Source: an uncultured Dehalococcoidia bacterium (GTDB taxonomy: Bacteria > Chloroflexota > Dehalococcoidia > DSTF01 > JACRBR01). Taken from it: 64,000 nucleotides of DNA. Positions 54,454 to 64,000 of this stretch are shown here, piece by piece. Position 1 is the first letter of the stretch. Each line of letters opens with the position of its first letter. The position numbers and the translations under genes were made by a program. The stretch spans positions 1,998 to 65,997 of the forward strand of contig CAZRHH010000011.1 in the NCBI GenBank assembly GCA_964599885.1, in the 5' to 3' direction. Under the pieces are notes generated by a model that made no database searches, had not been told where the DNA came from, and was given only the letters and a program-made list of their open reading frames with translations.

Positions 54454-56619
54454 CTACGAGCCGCCGGCCGGTCCCGGCGCCGGCATGTGATCGTCGGAAC
54501 CTTCGACGCGGATCGTCGGGAGGTAGCGGACGAGCCAGCTCGGCGCCCACCAGTTCGCGTTGCCCATCAGCTCCATCGCCGAAGGGACGAGCACGAGGCG
54601 CACGACCGTGGCGTCGATAAACACGGCGAACGCGAGGCCGAAGCCGAACAGCTTGAGATCGCGCAGATCGCCGAGGACGAAGCTGCCGAAGACGCACACC
54701 ATGATCGCCGCCGCGGCCGTGATCACGCGGCCCGTCGCTGCGAGGCCATCGGCGACGGCGCGCGCGTTGTCGCCGTGCTTGTCGTACTCCTCGCGGACGC
54801 GTGTGAGCAGGAAGACCTCGTAGTCCATCGAGAGCCCGAAGACGATCGCGAACAGCATCATCGGCGCCCACGCTTCGATCGGGCCTTCCTTGCCCTGACC
54901 GACGATGAAGTCAAACCAGCCCCACTGGAACACCGCGACCATCGCGCCGAACGACGCACCGATCGACAGCAGGTTCATCAGCACGGCCTTGAGCGGCACG
55001 ACGACACTGTGGAAGACGACGAGCAACAGCAGGAACGAGAGGGCAAGTACGGCGCCGATAAAGATCGGCAGCCGCTCACCGATGTAGTCGGCAAAGTCCA
55101 CGACGCCGGCGGCGCCGCCCATCGTCAGGATGTTGAGCGATGTTTCTTCCTCGATCGGCGGGATCGCCTCGCGGCGCACGCGGTGGACCAGATCGGTCGT
55201 CGCCTCATCCTGCGGCGCCGTCGTCGGGAACACGTTGAGCAGCACGAGGCCGCTGTCGCCCAGAGTCTGGGGCGGTGACACGGAATCCACGCCTTCGGTG
55301 GACTCAAGCCGGCCGACCAGCGCGTCGACGTCCGTGTCGTTGGGCGGACTATCGCCACCATCGACCAGGATCAGCAGCGAACCGTTGAAACCGGGGCCGA
55401 AGCCCGTCGACAACAGGTCGTACGCCTGCCGGCTGGTGTCGTTTTCGGGGCGGTTTCCGGCGTCGCCGAAGCCGAGGCGCATCGAGAAGAGCGGGATGGT
55501 CAACACCAGTAAGAGCGTCGTGCTGATGATCAACGCCGGCCACGGGTGCGCCTGGATGACGCGGCTCCAGCGCCACCACAGCGTGCGGTGGATCTCGCCC
55601 GGCTTCTCCTTGCGATGCGGCAGGCCGAAGCGGTCGATGTTGCGGCCGGCGAACCCGAGCAGCGCGGGCAGCAGCGTGAGAGCCGCGAGCATGGTTGTCA
55701 GAACCGCCAGGATGGCGCCGATCGCCAGCCCGCGCACGAAGTCCAGATTCATCAAGAACATGCCGGCCAGCGCGATGACGACGGTGATACCCGCGAACAG
55801 CACCGCACGACCAGAAGTGTCGAGACTGAGCAGCGCGGCATCTTCCGGCTCGAGTCCGTCACGCAAACCATCGCGGAACCGCGAGACGATGAGTAGCGCG
55901 TAGTCGATGCCGACGCCGATGCCGATCATGCCCGCCATCTGCGTCGTGAAATCGGGCATCGGTAGCCAGCGGGCGAGCACCGTCACAACCGCCACGCCGG
56001 TGCCGATGCCGAACAGCGCCGTCATAATCGGCAGGCCCATCGCAATGATGGAGCCGAAGGCAATGAGCAGGATGATGATCGCCGCCGTGATGCCGATGAA
56101 CTCGCTCGAGAACGCCGGCGCCTCCGCGAATACGTCGCCGCCCAGTTCGATGCGGAGTCCGTCGACGATGACCTCGTCTCGCAGATCCTTAATGACGTGC
56201 GCTTCATCGAGGTAGTCGGCGAAATCGCGCTCCGAAAAGTTCAGTTCCGCGTAGGCAACGCGGCCGCCTTCGGCGATCTGGTGTTCGTTGCCCGCCTGGT
56301 AGGGGCTGACGGCTTCCACGCCCTGCACGTCCGACTCGATCTGCGTCAGGAAGCCTTCGATCGCTCCGCGAACCTTGGGATCGTCCACGCCCTGCTCGGC
56401 CTCGAAGACGACCTGCCCCTGGAAGCCAGTACGTTCGCTGACGCCACGGTCTTCGAGCAGATCTGTGGCGGCCTGAGTTTCGGAGCCGGGCAGCGTGAAT
56501 TCAGAGTTGAACTTGCCTCCGTACACCACCGAGAGCGCGGTCAGGCCGACGAAAATGGCGAGCCACGCGGCGACGACATACCGGCGGCGGCGATAGCAAA
56601 ACTGTGCGATGGACCTCAT
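54454..56619 (-). CDS. MMPL-family (RND superfamily) transporter
   Basis: 721 aa, two clusters of six TM helices separated by soluble domains, typical of MMPL. Confidence 0.8.
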   Translation of the reverse strand: MRSIAQFCYRRRRYVVAAWLAIFVGLTALSVVYGGKFNSEFTLPGSETQAATDLLEDRGVSERTGFQGQVVFEAEQGVDDPKVRGAIEGFLTQIESDVQGVEAVSPYQAGNEHQIAEGGRVAYAELNFSERDFADYLDEAHVIKDLRDEVIVDGLRIELGGDVFAEAPAFSSEFIGITAAIIILLIAFGSIIAMGLPIMTALFGIGTGVAVVTVLARWLPMPDFTTQMAGMIGIGVGIDYALLIVSRFRDGLRDGLEPEDAALLSLDTSGRAVLFAGITVVIALAGMFLMNLDFVRGLAIGAILAVLTTMLAALTLLPALLGFAGRNIDRFGLPHRKEKPGEIHRTLWWRWSRVIQAHPWPALIISTTLLLVLTIPLFSMRLGFGDAGNRPENDTSRQAYDLLSTGFGPGFNGSLLILVDGGDSPPNDTDVDALVGRLESTEGVDSVSPPQTLGDSGLVLLNVFPTTAPQDEATTDLVHRVRREAIPPIEEETSLNILTMGGAAGVVDFADYIGERLPIFIGAVLALSFLLLLVVFHSVVVPLKAVLMNLLSIGASFGAMVAVFQWGWFDFIVGQGKEGPIEAWAPMMLFAIVFGLSMDYEVFLLTRVREEYDKHGDNARAVADGLAATGRVITAAAAIMVCVFGSFVLGDLRDLKLFGFGLAFAVFIDATVVRLVLVPSAMELMGNANWWAPSWLVRYLPTIRVEGSDDHMPAPGPAGGS

Positions 56620-56937
56620 CTAAACCTTCTCCTCCGGTTCTGGACCGTAAACGCATGCCGCGTCTCCGCGGCGAACTCACCTACCATATGACGGTGCTGC
56701 TGACATCGTTGTGACAGGAGCGCGAACGGAAACGCGTTCATCCTGACAGCGCCATGGCAACAAGCTGGCCGTATGCAAGACATGGGGCCGTCGATTCGTG
56801 GCCGAAACCCCGTCACCGCAGGGCCATCCAGTCTGACGGGTCACCACCGATCCCGCCTCGGACGAAGGACGGATATTCGCCTCCGCCGATTGGCCTGCCC
56901 GCGCCTCTAACACGACAGCGGGCTTCCTATTCAGCTA

Positions 56938-57432
56938 TCAGCGCGCTGCCTGTCCGGCCAGATGCTCCATCAAGCGTACAAGGCTCTGCGTCCACCCTTC
57001 TTCCTGCGCCGCCAACATCGCGGCCGCCCGCGCACCGAGGCCGATCGCACCGGATTGCAGCGTGAGCTTTGTCGTGTTCCCCGTGTGCTCAGCGAACGTA
57101 ACCGTCGTCAGCGCTTCGAGTACTGCGACGCCCCGCGCGTCCTGGGCAACATCGGTGAACACGAGGCGTTCGGGCTCGACGATCTCCCGGAAAACGCCGA
57201 TCATCGGATATTCCACGCCATCGGGTGCGCGCATGATGATGCGGAACGCGCCGCCTGGGCGCGCATCCCAGTCGCACACCGGATTGGTAAACCCCTGCGG
57301 TCCCCACCACTGCGCTACGTGCTGCGGATCGGTCCATGCCCGGAAGACGACGGCGCGCGGCGCGTCGAAGATACGGGTGATCGCTACCGATGTCGCCGCG
57401 TGTTGTCTGGCCGGATGTTCTTGTGCCGTCAC
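56938..57432 (-). CDS. SRPBCC (AHSA1/activator-of-Hsp90-ATPase-like) protein
   Basis: ITRIFDAPRAVVFRAWTDPQHVAQWWGP is the family signature. Confidence 0.7.
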   Translation of the reverse strand: MTAQEHPARQHAATSVAITRIFDAPRAVVFRAWTDPQHVAQWWGPQGFTNPVCDWDARPGGAFRIIMRAPDGVEYPMIGVFREIVEPERLVFTDVAQDARGVAVLEALTTVTFAEHTGNTTKLTLQSGAIGLGARAAAMLAAQEEGWTQSLVRLMEHLAGQAAR

Positions 57433-57504
57433 GGTTCCTCCGCTGCTGGTACTCGGACAGCGCGCTGTGCCGTGCGTCGATCGCCGGCACAGCGCGCTGG
57501 GTCG

Positions 57505-58005
57505 TTACTTGATCGCCTGCAGGTGCTCTTCGAGGCGGTCCCACGTTTCCGTCATGCCCTCGACGACACCCATCGCCAGCACGGCGTCCATGTCCTCGGC
57601 CGTGGCAAACTGCGCGCTGCTGGTGATCTTCGTCTTGCCGCCGACGTCGGTGAATTCGACCGTCACGAGCATCTGCTTCGCTTCGTCCATGTTCCCCTCA
57701 GCGTCCGAGAAACCGTCGACGTACACGAGGCGCTCTGGAGGCGTCACTTCGCGGTAGATCGCCTTGCCCCACGATTCTTCGCCGCCCGGGCCCGTCATGC
57801 AGTAGTGCCATGTGCCGCCGGGGCGGACGTCCATATTGGAGACGGTGGCCGGCCATGAGCGCGGACCCCACCACTTCAGCATGTGCTCGGGCTCAGTCCA
57901 CGCTTTCCAGACGAGTTCGCGCGGCGCGTCGAATACGCGCTCTACGAGGAGCTGGCGTTCCGCCTTGTTCGTCGTTACGGCTGTGGTGTCGGTGCTGCTG
58001 GCCAT
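57505..58005 (-). CDS. SRPBCC (AHSA1-like) protein
   Basis: VERVFDAPRELVWKAWTEPEHMLKWWGP. Start at the internal Met MASSTDTT. The upstream part of the long ORF is Arg-rich and non-coding-like. Confidence 0.65.
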   Translation of the reverse strand: MASSTDTTAVTTNKAERQLLVERVFDAPRELVWKAWTEPEHMLKWWGPRSWPATVSNMDVRPGGTWHYCMTGPGGEESWGKAIYREVTPPERLVYVDGFSDAEGNMDEAKQMLVTVEFTDVGGKTKITSSAQFATAEDMDAVLAMGVVEGMTETWDRLEEHLQAIK

Positions 58006-58127
58006 GATGCTTGTCCTTTCGTTCGTTGCTGACGGTTCGTGCTGCTGGCGGGCGAAACGCGCGCCCCGAAGTGCATGTTGGTGACGATGACGGCGGATCC
58101 GCCATACCTCGTGTGTCGCTGCGGCGA

Positions 58128-58634
58128 TCAGTCCGCGGCTTGTGCGATTCCCTCGACGAGTTCGGCGAGGCGGTCCATCGTGACCGCGGCGCCCTCCTCC
58201 ATGCCCATCTCGATCACGGTGTCGCGGATCTCCTTCGACGGGTACAGCGTGACGACGTTGAGCGTCGTCACGCTGTCGTTCTCGACGAGCGTGAGCGTGT
58301 TGATCGCCGGGTCGCCCTCGTTGAACGGCGCGACGTCGTAGATCTCTGTGGAGACGAGGCGGTCGGGCGCGCTGATCTCCTGGTAGACGCCCTTGAACGG
58401 CACCTCTTCGCCGCTCGCCTCGCGCGTGACGTAGCGCCATGCGCCGCCTACGCGCAGGTCGATCTCGCAGACGAGCATCGTGCTTTCGCGGAAGCCCCAC
58501 CAGCGCTTGACGTGTTCGGGCGTCGTGTACGCCTCGAGGACGAGCGCTCGCGGCGCCTTGAACGTGCGCGTCATCGTGACTTCGCGGTCGGATGGCAGGG
58601 TGAACGTTGTCGCGGCCTTGTTGTCGGTGGTCAT
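58128..58634 (-). CDS. SRPBCC (AHSA1-like) protein
   Basis: MTRTFKAPRALVLEAYTTPEHVKRWWGF. Start at the internal Met MTTDNKAA. Confidence 0.65.
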   Translation of the reverse strand: MTTDNKAATTFTLPSDREVTMTRTFKAPRALVLEAYTTPEHVKRWWGFRESTMLVCEIDLRVGGAWRYVTREASGEEVPFKGVYQEISAPDRLVSTEIYDVAPFNEGDPAINTLTLVENDSVTTLNVVTLYPSKEIRDTVIEMGMEEGAAVTMDRLAELVEGIAQAAD

Positions 58635-58695
58635 GCTGCTACTCCTTCTCTCGTTCGAATGCGTGCGTTGATGTTCCCTGCGATGGTGCGTAGCG

Positions 58696-59055
58696 CTACT
58701 TCCCCGCGCGATCGTCGTTGCTGTCGTACTGCTCGTTGTCCTGTAATTCGCGCAAATAGTCCTCCAGGCGATCAAAGCTCTGTTCCCAGAACTGACGGTA
58801 CTTTTCGAGCCAGTCGGCGACGTCCTTCAACGGCGCCGGCTTCAGGCGGCACGGGCGCCACTGCGCCTCGCGGCCGCGCTCGATCAGCCCGGCGCGCTCA
58901 AGGACCTTGAGGTGCTTGGAGACGGCGGGCAGGCTCATCTCAAACGGCTCTGCCAGGTCCGTCACCGAGGCTTCGCCCGATGCCAGGCGCGCGAGAATGG
59001 CGCGCCGGGTCGGGTCGGCGAGGGCGGCGAACGTGGTGTCGAGAACGTCGGACAC
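58696..59055 (-). CDS. ArsR/SmtB-family metalloregulator
   Basis: LADPTRRAILARLASGEASVTDLAEPFEMSLPAVSKHLKVLERAGLI is the ArsR wHTH. It heads the SRPBCC triplet. Confidence 0.75.
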   Translation of the reverse strand: MSDVLDTTFAALADPTRRAILARLASGEASVTDLAEPFEMSLPAVSKHLKVLERAGLIERGREAQWRPCRLKPAPLKDVADWLEKYRQFWEQSFDRLEDYLRELQDNEQYDSNDDRAGK

Positions 59056-59323
59056 GGTAATAAACCCCTCGGTTAATTAACTTAATGGTAAAATACGCCA
59101 TCACGGACGGCCTGTCAAGGGGTTGGGGCGAAAAATTGTCGTTGCGATTTTCTCACTTCCGGAATTGCTGCTGATCACAGTGCGGAGGCGCACACTGAGG
59201 GTTCGTACGGCTCAGAACATTCTTGGGCGCAAGACTGTTTCTTTCGTCTGGACGGGTGTAGTGTTCGCTCTCGGCGAAGCACGTGTCGTCGGCGGCAGGC
59301 TGCGATGTTGAGGAGGAGTGAGG

Positions 59324-60397
59324 ATGAAGTACGACGCGATCGTAGTGGGTGCGCGGTGCGCCGGCTCGCCGACGGCGATGCTCCTCGCGCGCGCCGGTTA
59401 TCGCGTGCTGTTGCTGGACAAGGCGACGTTCCCGAGCGACAAGCTTTCGACGCACTACATCCAGCCACCCGGCGTGCAGTGCCTGGACGAGTGGGGCTTG
59501 CTCGATGCGGTGATCGCTGCCGGCACGCCGCCGATTGCGAGCTTCGGCCTGTACTCCGGCGACAGCCTCGTGTATCAGGCGCCGATGGAAGGTGCGGCGT
59601 ACTGCCCGCGCCGGTACCTGCTCGACATGATCCTCGTCGATGCGGCGGTGGCGGCGGGCGCTGAATTGCGCACGGCATTCAAGGTCGACGAGATCACGAT
59701 GGACGGCGAGACGGTGACGGGCATCGTCGGCCACGGCCGCGATGGCAAGCGCGTGCGCGAGTCGGCGCGGTACGTGATCGGCGCCGAGGGCCACCACTCG
59801 GTCGTCGCGGACGCGGTACAAGCGCCTTCGTACCGCGAACGTGAAGCGCTCACCGGCGGCTACTATTCGTACTGGTCGGGCGTTGAACTGCCGGGCGCCG
59901 AAGTGCACTTTTCGGACCGCGGCGGCGTGCTCGCCTTCCCGACGAACGACGGCCGCGTCTGCGTCGCCGCAGGCGGGCCGCGGAGCGAGTTCCTGGCCTA
60001 CCGCGCAGACATCGAAGCGGGGTTCTTCTCGATCCTCGATGCGGCGCCAGAGTTCGCGGCGAAAGTGCGCGCCGCCCAGCGCGAAGAGCGCTGGATGGGC
60101 ACCGCCGACGTGCCGAACTTCTTCCGCAAGCCCTGGGGCTCCGGCTGGGCGCTCGTCGGCGACGCCGGCTACATGAAGGATCCGACCACCGGCTGGGGCA
60201 TCGCCGACGCGTTTCGCGATGCCGGGCTGCTGGCGAAGGCGCTCGATGACACGTTCGCCGGCCGCACGCCCGCGGATGAAGCGCTCGCCGCGTACCAGGC
60301 GCAGCGCGATGCGGCCGCGGTGCCGGTATACGAACTGACGCTGATGATGGCGAGCGGCGAGATGCCGACGCTTCCGGAACCGGCGCCGGCGGGGTAA
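59324..60397 (+). CDS. FAD-dependent monooxygenase / oxidoreductase
   Basis: Dinucleotide-binding motif YDAIVVGARCAGSPTAMLLARAG and GD-motif region WALVGDAGYMKDPTTGWG. Confidence 0.7.
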   Translation: MKYDAIVVGARCAGSPTAMLLARAGYRVLLLDKATFPSDKLSTHYIQPPGVQCLDEWGLLDAVIAAGTPPIASFGLYSGDSLVYQAPMEGAAYCPRRYLLDMILVDAAVAAGAELRTAFKVDEITMDGETVTGIVGHGRDGKRVRESARYVIGAEGHHSVVADAVQAPSYREREALTGGYYSYWSGVELPGAEVHFSDRGGVLAFPTNDGRVCVAAGGPRSEFLAYRADIEAGFFSILDAAPEFAAKVRAAQREERWMGTADVPNFFRKPWGSGWALVGDAGYMKDPTTGWGIADAFRDAGLLAKALDDTFAGRTPADEALAAYQAQRDAAAVPVYELTLMMASGEMPTLPEPAPAG

Positions 60398-60414
60398 CGG
60401 CGCGGCGGTACGAG

Positions 60415-62253
60415 CTATGTCGCGGCGGTGCTGATCGGTTCGGGTTCGACGACGAGCGGGCTGTCCTCCGTGACGAGCGGCAAACTGAAACCGAACTCGG
60501 AACCGCCGCCATCGCGCGGGTTCACCCAGATTCTGCCGTCGAGCGCTTCGATCAGGCGCTTGCACACGGACAGGCCGATGCCGATGCCCTCGGCAGAACC
60601 GGCTGTGCGGTCCGAGCGATAGAACGGCTCGAAGATCGCTTCGCGCTCTGCCGCATCGATCCCGCGGCCGCGATCGTACACGCGTACCATCGCCATGCCG
60701 TCCTCCTGCTCGACGATGACGTCGACCGTGCTGTCGGCGGGGCTGTACTTGATCGCGTTGCCGATGAGGTTGCGCAGCACCTGCTCGACGTAGGTCAAGC
60801 CGCCCAGGGCGAGGATCGTGCCATCGCCGCGGACGAGGACGCGCCGGCCGGGCGCCCGCCGCAACTGCTCGTTCGTGGCCGCGTCGGCCATGCGCATCAG
60901 CGCCAGTGGTTCGCTGTCGAGCCCGGCGCCGCGTTCGAGGCGCGCCAGCGTCAGCAGGTTGTCGATGATGGCGACGAGCCGTTCAGCGCTCTCATGAATG
61001 TCGTCCAGCGCGCCTTGCCGCATCTCGGCGTCAAGACGGTCGCCGCGTTTGCGGAGGATCTCGGCGTTACCGAGTACCGTCGTGATCGGCGTGCGCAATT
61101 CGTGCGAGACGAGGCTGAGGAACTCGTCTTTGGCGTGGCTGGCGCGTTCATTGGCTGCCGCCATTTCGTTGAACGCCGCGGCAAGCTGCTCGAACTCGCT
61201 GACACCGCCCGACGCCTCGGCGCGTGCGCCGAGATCGCCGCTGGTCAGCGCCGTACTCGCACCGACGAGCGACGACACGGGCCGCACGATCCACTGCTGT
61301 GCCAGCACGAAGGTCGCCAAGAGCGCGAGCAGCGTCAGCAGCGCCACCGGCCAGAGGTCGCGCGCCAGGCTCTCTGCGAGCGGCGTGACGAGCGCATCTG
61401 TTTCGGCGCCGACGACGACGGTGACGGCGGCGTCATCGGCGTCGGTGACGCGCACCGCGGCGATCCGGCGGCCACCGGGGACATCGCCGATGTCCGAATC
61501 GAGGAACGTTCCGAGCGAGGCGAACACCTCGGAGTACCCTTCGGCGGTCTGGCCACCGGCGAACGCCGGCACGTCCTCTCCATCCCCTACGGTCGAGCTG
61601 ATCACGACGCCGTTCTGATCGAAGGTTGTGAGGCGGCCTGTCTCGGGCAGACCACTGTTTGAGATCAGTTCGTCGCCCTCGGTCAGGCCGAGACCGGTCG
61701 AAAGATATGCGACGATGTCGCCTTCGTCAGTGGCCCGGATCGGCAGCCCAAACCCAAGACTCGGTTCGTCGTCCGGCGGGCTGAGTTCGAAGCCGCCGGT
61801 TGCGAAGTCCCCACGATCCACTGCGGTCGTGAACCACAGATTGTTCGAGGCATCGAACTCGCCGACCTTGGCGGCTTCGCTGGAACACAAGACACGACCG
61901 TCGGTGTCCCACAGGGCAAAGCCGCTCGTACCCGGAAGCAGGACGTCGAGGACGAACAGGGTGCTGGTGCATCTGTCGAATGCTTCGACGGAGGTTGGGT
62001 CGGCGGCTAACTCCTGAAATTGCTGCGCTCGGGCCGCGAGGCCGAGCAGACGCTCAGCGCTTTCGAAGCGTTCGCGCTCGGCCTTGGCCGCAAAGAGCGC
62101 GAGTCGCTGCAGATTCTCCTCTGCGCGTCTTTCGCCGTCCGACCGCTGCTGTACGTGCTGATAGACGAGCAGCCCCACCAGCACCACCATGGCGAGGAGA
62201 ATAAGTACGGCGAGACGAGCACCAATACCTCGAAGGAAGGAGGGCGTTGTCAT
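60415..62253 (-). CDS. Sensor histidine kinase
   Basis: N-terminal TM helix, HisKA H-box LSLVSHELRTPITTV, and HATPase_c G-boxes (DRGRGIDAAE ... GIGIGLSVCK). Confidence 0.75.
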   Translation of the reverse strand: MTTPSFLRGIGARLAVLILLAMVVLVGLLVYQHVQQRSDGERRAEENLQRLALFAAKAERERFESAERLLGLAARAQQFQELAADPTSVEAFDRCTSTLFVLDVLLPGTSGFALWDTDGRVLCSSEAAKVGEFDASNNLWFTTAVDRGDFATGGFELSPPDDEPSLGFGLPIRATDEGDIVAYLSTGLGLTEGDELISNSGLPETGRLTTFDQNGVVISSTVGDGEDVPAFAGGQTAEGYSEVFASLGTFLDSDIGDVPGGRRIAAVRVTDADDAAVTVVVGAETDALVTPLAESLARDLWPVALLTLLALLATFVLAQQWIVRPVSSLVGASTALTSGDLGARAEASGGVSEFEQLAAAFNEMAAANERASHAKDEFLSLVSHELRTPITTVLGNAEILRKRGDRLDAEMRQGALDDIHESAERLVAIIDNLLTLARLERGAGLDSEPLALMRMADAATNEQLRRAPGRRVLVRGDGTILALGGLTYVEQVLRNLIGNAIKYSPADSTVDVIVEQEDGMAMVRVYDRGRGIDAAEREAIFEPFYRSDRTAGSAEGIGIGLSVCKRLIEALDGRIWVNPRDGGGSEFGFSLPLVTEDSPLVVEPEPISTAAT

Positions 62254-62375
62254 AGATCGTATTCATATTGGCTGACGGCGCCGTTTCGTGGGCCATCATG
62301 GCGAAAAATGCATTGCAAATTCGTCAACGATTTACTCGGCGGCGGATGGCGGTGCATTGCAGCGCCATACGATTG

Positions 62376-62738
62376 TTACGGCGCCGGAACGAACTTCATC
62401 GAGAGCGAGTTGACGCAGTGACGCGTGTTCTTCGCCGTCAACCGCTCGCCGAGGAATACGTGGCCGAGATGCGCGTTGCAGTTCGCGCATTCGATCTCGA
62501 TCCGCTGGCCGTCCGGGTCGGGCAGCCGCTTGACGGCGCCGGGCACCTCGTCATCGAACGCGGGCCAGCCGCAATGGGCGTCGAACTTGTCGCCAGAGCG
62601 GTACAGCTCGGCGTTGCAGCGCCGGCAGACGTACGTGCCGGCCTGGTAGAAGTCGTCATACTCGCCTGAAAACGGGCGTTCGGTGCCCTTCGATTCAATG
62701 ACGTACTTCTCTTCGGCCGTAAGTTCATTGAGTTGCAT
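62376..62738 (-). CDS. msrB: Peptide-methionine (R)-S-oxide reductase MsrB
   Basis: RYVCRRC ... CGWPAF ... [14 protein letters not shown]: SelR-family zinc site and catalytic region. Start at MQLNELT. Confidence 0.8.
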   Translation of the reverse strand: MQLNELTAEEKYVIESKGTERPFSGEYDDFYQAGTYVCRRCNAELYRSGDKFDAHCGWPAFDDEVPGAVKRLPDPDGQRIEIECANCNAHLGHVFLGERLTAKNTRHCVNSLSMKFVPAP

Positions 62739-62955
62739 CTGGCGCTCCTTCTTGGGTCGCGATCGGTGCGTCGGCGCGCGATACGGCGTCGTCTGTCTAT
62801 TCGGTATACGGCACGCGTGAGACCTTCGGAAGCCGCCGGACATCGCGTCTGCGTGGCAGTTGACGCCGGAGCGAACGTCACGCCCCGCCTCGTGCATTCA
62901 TCTCCGGCTTCGATGATACGGCGACGCGGTCACGATAGATGCGACGGTCGAGTTC

Positions 62956-63804
62956 TCATGAGCCAACAGGCCGCCAGATCTTCAGCTCGTTGTCCGGCAG
63001 GCGCACCGAGAACAGCCCGGCGGGCGACGCTTCAGCCAGCAGCGCTCGCAGGTCGCGCTCGAAGTCTGCGAGGCGATCGCCGAACAGGTGCGGCGCCGTG
63101 GATGAACTCGACAGCGCCTTCGCGACCTCATCGTCGATCGTGCGCTCGATGACGCGGCCGTCCGGCACGACGACGAGCTCCGGCCCGCGGAGCCCGGCGC
63201 CGCGAAAGACGGCATTCTCATCACCGGGCGACGTATTGCGTACGGACTGACCGGCGCGTTTGTCGGCCCCGAGATAGCGCCGGCGAAGTGCAACGACGGC
63301 GTCGTCGGGCGGCGGCGCTGAGGCGTCGTCGCGCGCGTGCATGTCCTTCGATGGCGTGCGGTAGCCGATGTGATCGACGTGGACAACGGCGCCGCCGGGT
63401 TCGAGCATGCCCGTGGCCGTGGCGGCGACGCGCGGCCGGTCCATCCAATGGAACGACGCCGCGAACGTGATCGCGTCGAACCGGCCGAGACCCGCCGGCA
63501 GCGCTTCGGCGCGAAGATGCACCCACGTCGCGTTCTGGACGCCCTTCGCTTCGGCGCTCCGGCGAGCGTACTCCACCATACCGGCATCGGCGTCGACGCC
63601 CACGATTTCGCCGAACACCCCGGCGCACAGCAGCGCGACCGTGCCCGGCCCGCAGCCCACGTCGAGCAGGCGGCCACGTCCATCGAGGTGAAGCGCGGAG
63701 GCGAGCGCGTCGGCGAGACCGGGCGCGTAGGGCAGGCGACCGCGCTCGTAGTAGGGGGCCGAGCCGGCGAATAGCGTCTCGTCCCACGTCCAATCGCTCG
63801 TCAT
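62956..63804 (-). CDS. Class I SAM-dependent methyltransferase
   Basis: Motif I LLDVGCGPGTVA. Start at the internal Met MTSDWTWDE. Confidence 0.6.
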   Translation of the reverse strand: MTSDWTWDETLFAGSAPYYERGRLPYAPGLADALASALHLDGRGRLLDVGCGPGTVALLCAGVFGEIVGVDADAGMVEYARRSAEAKGVQNATWVHLRAEALPAGLGRFDAITFAASFHWMDRPRVAATATGMLEPGGAVVHVDHIGYRTPSKDMHARDDASAPPPDDAVVALRRRYLGADKRAGQSVRNTSPGDENAVFRGAGLRGPELVVVPDGRVIERTIDDEVAKALSSSSTAPHLFGDRLADFERDLRALLAEASPAGLFSVRLPDNELKIWRPVGS

Positions 63805-64000
63805 CGCGTGAGTGTATCGGCGCGACCTTAGACCAGGGCAGACCACCGCACCGAGAGTGTTCTGTCCCTGCTCGGCGGTAGGGGCGGACCCATGTGTCCG
63901 CCCCGGTATCGCTAACCAGGCTGCGCCAATAGAAGCGCGGCCGGCAACGGCAACCGAGCGAAGAGATCATGGATGAGGAGCCGAGTTGGAGCTGTGTTGA

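Noticed and set aside
1-64000. CRISPR arrays, rRNA genes, insertion sequences with transposase
   Set aside because: No regularly spaced short direct repeats with unique spacers were seen, and no rRNA-like conserved stretches. No DDE or serine transposase ORFs were seen. The only repeat families are the iterons, the duplicated terminator hairpin and the tRNA-3'-like att repeats.

Overview
High-GC bacterial window of 64 kb (roughly two-thirds GC by eye), with coding density high on both strands.

(1) Positions 1 to about 27.1 kb look like the interior and right edge of an integrated mobile element. It holds the 3' end of a tyrosine integrase gene, a replication-relaxation family protein, a T4CP-like ATPase, a Rep-like wHTH protein preceded by iterons, an ExeA-like AAA ATPase, and an ImmA/XRE pair. 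Its cargo includes a tightly coupled four-gene operon (C5 cytosine methyltransferase, GHKL/HATPase ATPase, Z1-domain SF2-like ATPase, PD-(D/E)xK-like protein), which is a computationally predicted but poorly characterised restriction-like system. Next to it sits a ubiquitin-like (beta-grasp) protein, an E1(ThiF)-like protein and a Cys/His-rich small protein, a candidate Ubl-conjugation defence module.

(2) From 26.9 to 39.1 kb there are five copies of a repeat that carries a tRNA 3'-end-like sequence (T-arm, acceptor strand, CCA). None folds as a canonical tRNA. The repeats delimit three cargo islets: a radical-SAM SPL-like enzyme with a methyltransferase-domain protein, a lipoprotein, and a complete ECF transporter module.

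(3) The right 25 kb is a metal and stress neighbourhood. It contains ArsR-ArsC and ArsR-rhodanese fusions, an ArsM-like methyltransferase with an in-frame TGA at the position of the catalytic Cys, an MFS transporter, an MBL-rhodanese protein, an AlkZ/YcaQ-like wHTH protein, a large HExxH metalloprotease, an MMPL transporter, ArsR plus three SRPBCC proteins, a FAD monooxygenase, a histidine kinase, MsrB and a methyltransferase.

Several genes show apparent single-nucleotide frameshifts in GC-rich runs. I found no CRISPR array, no rRNA and no convincing intact tRNA.
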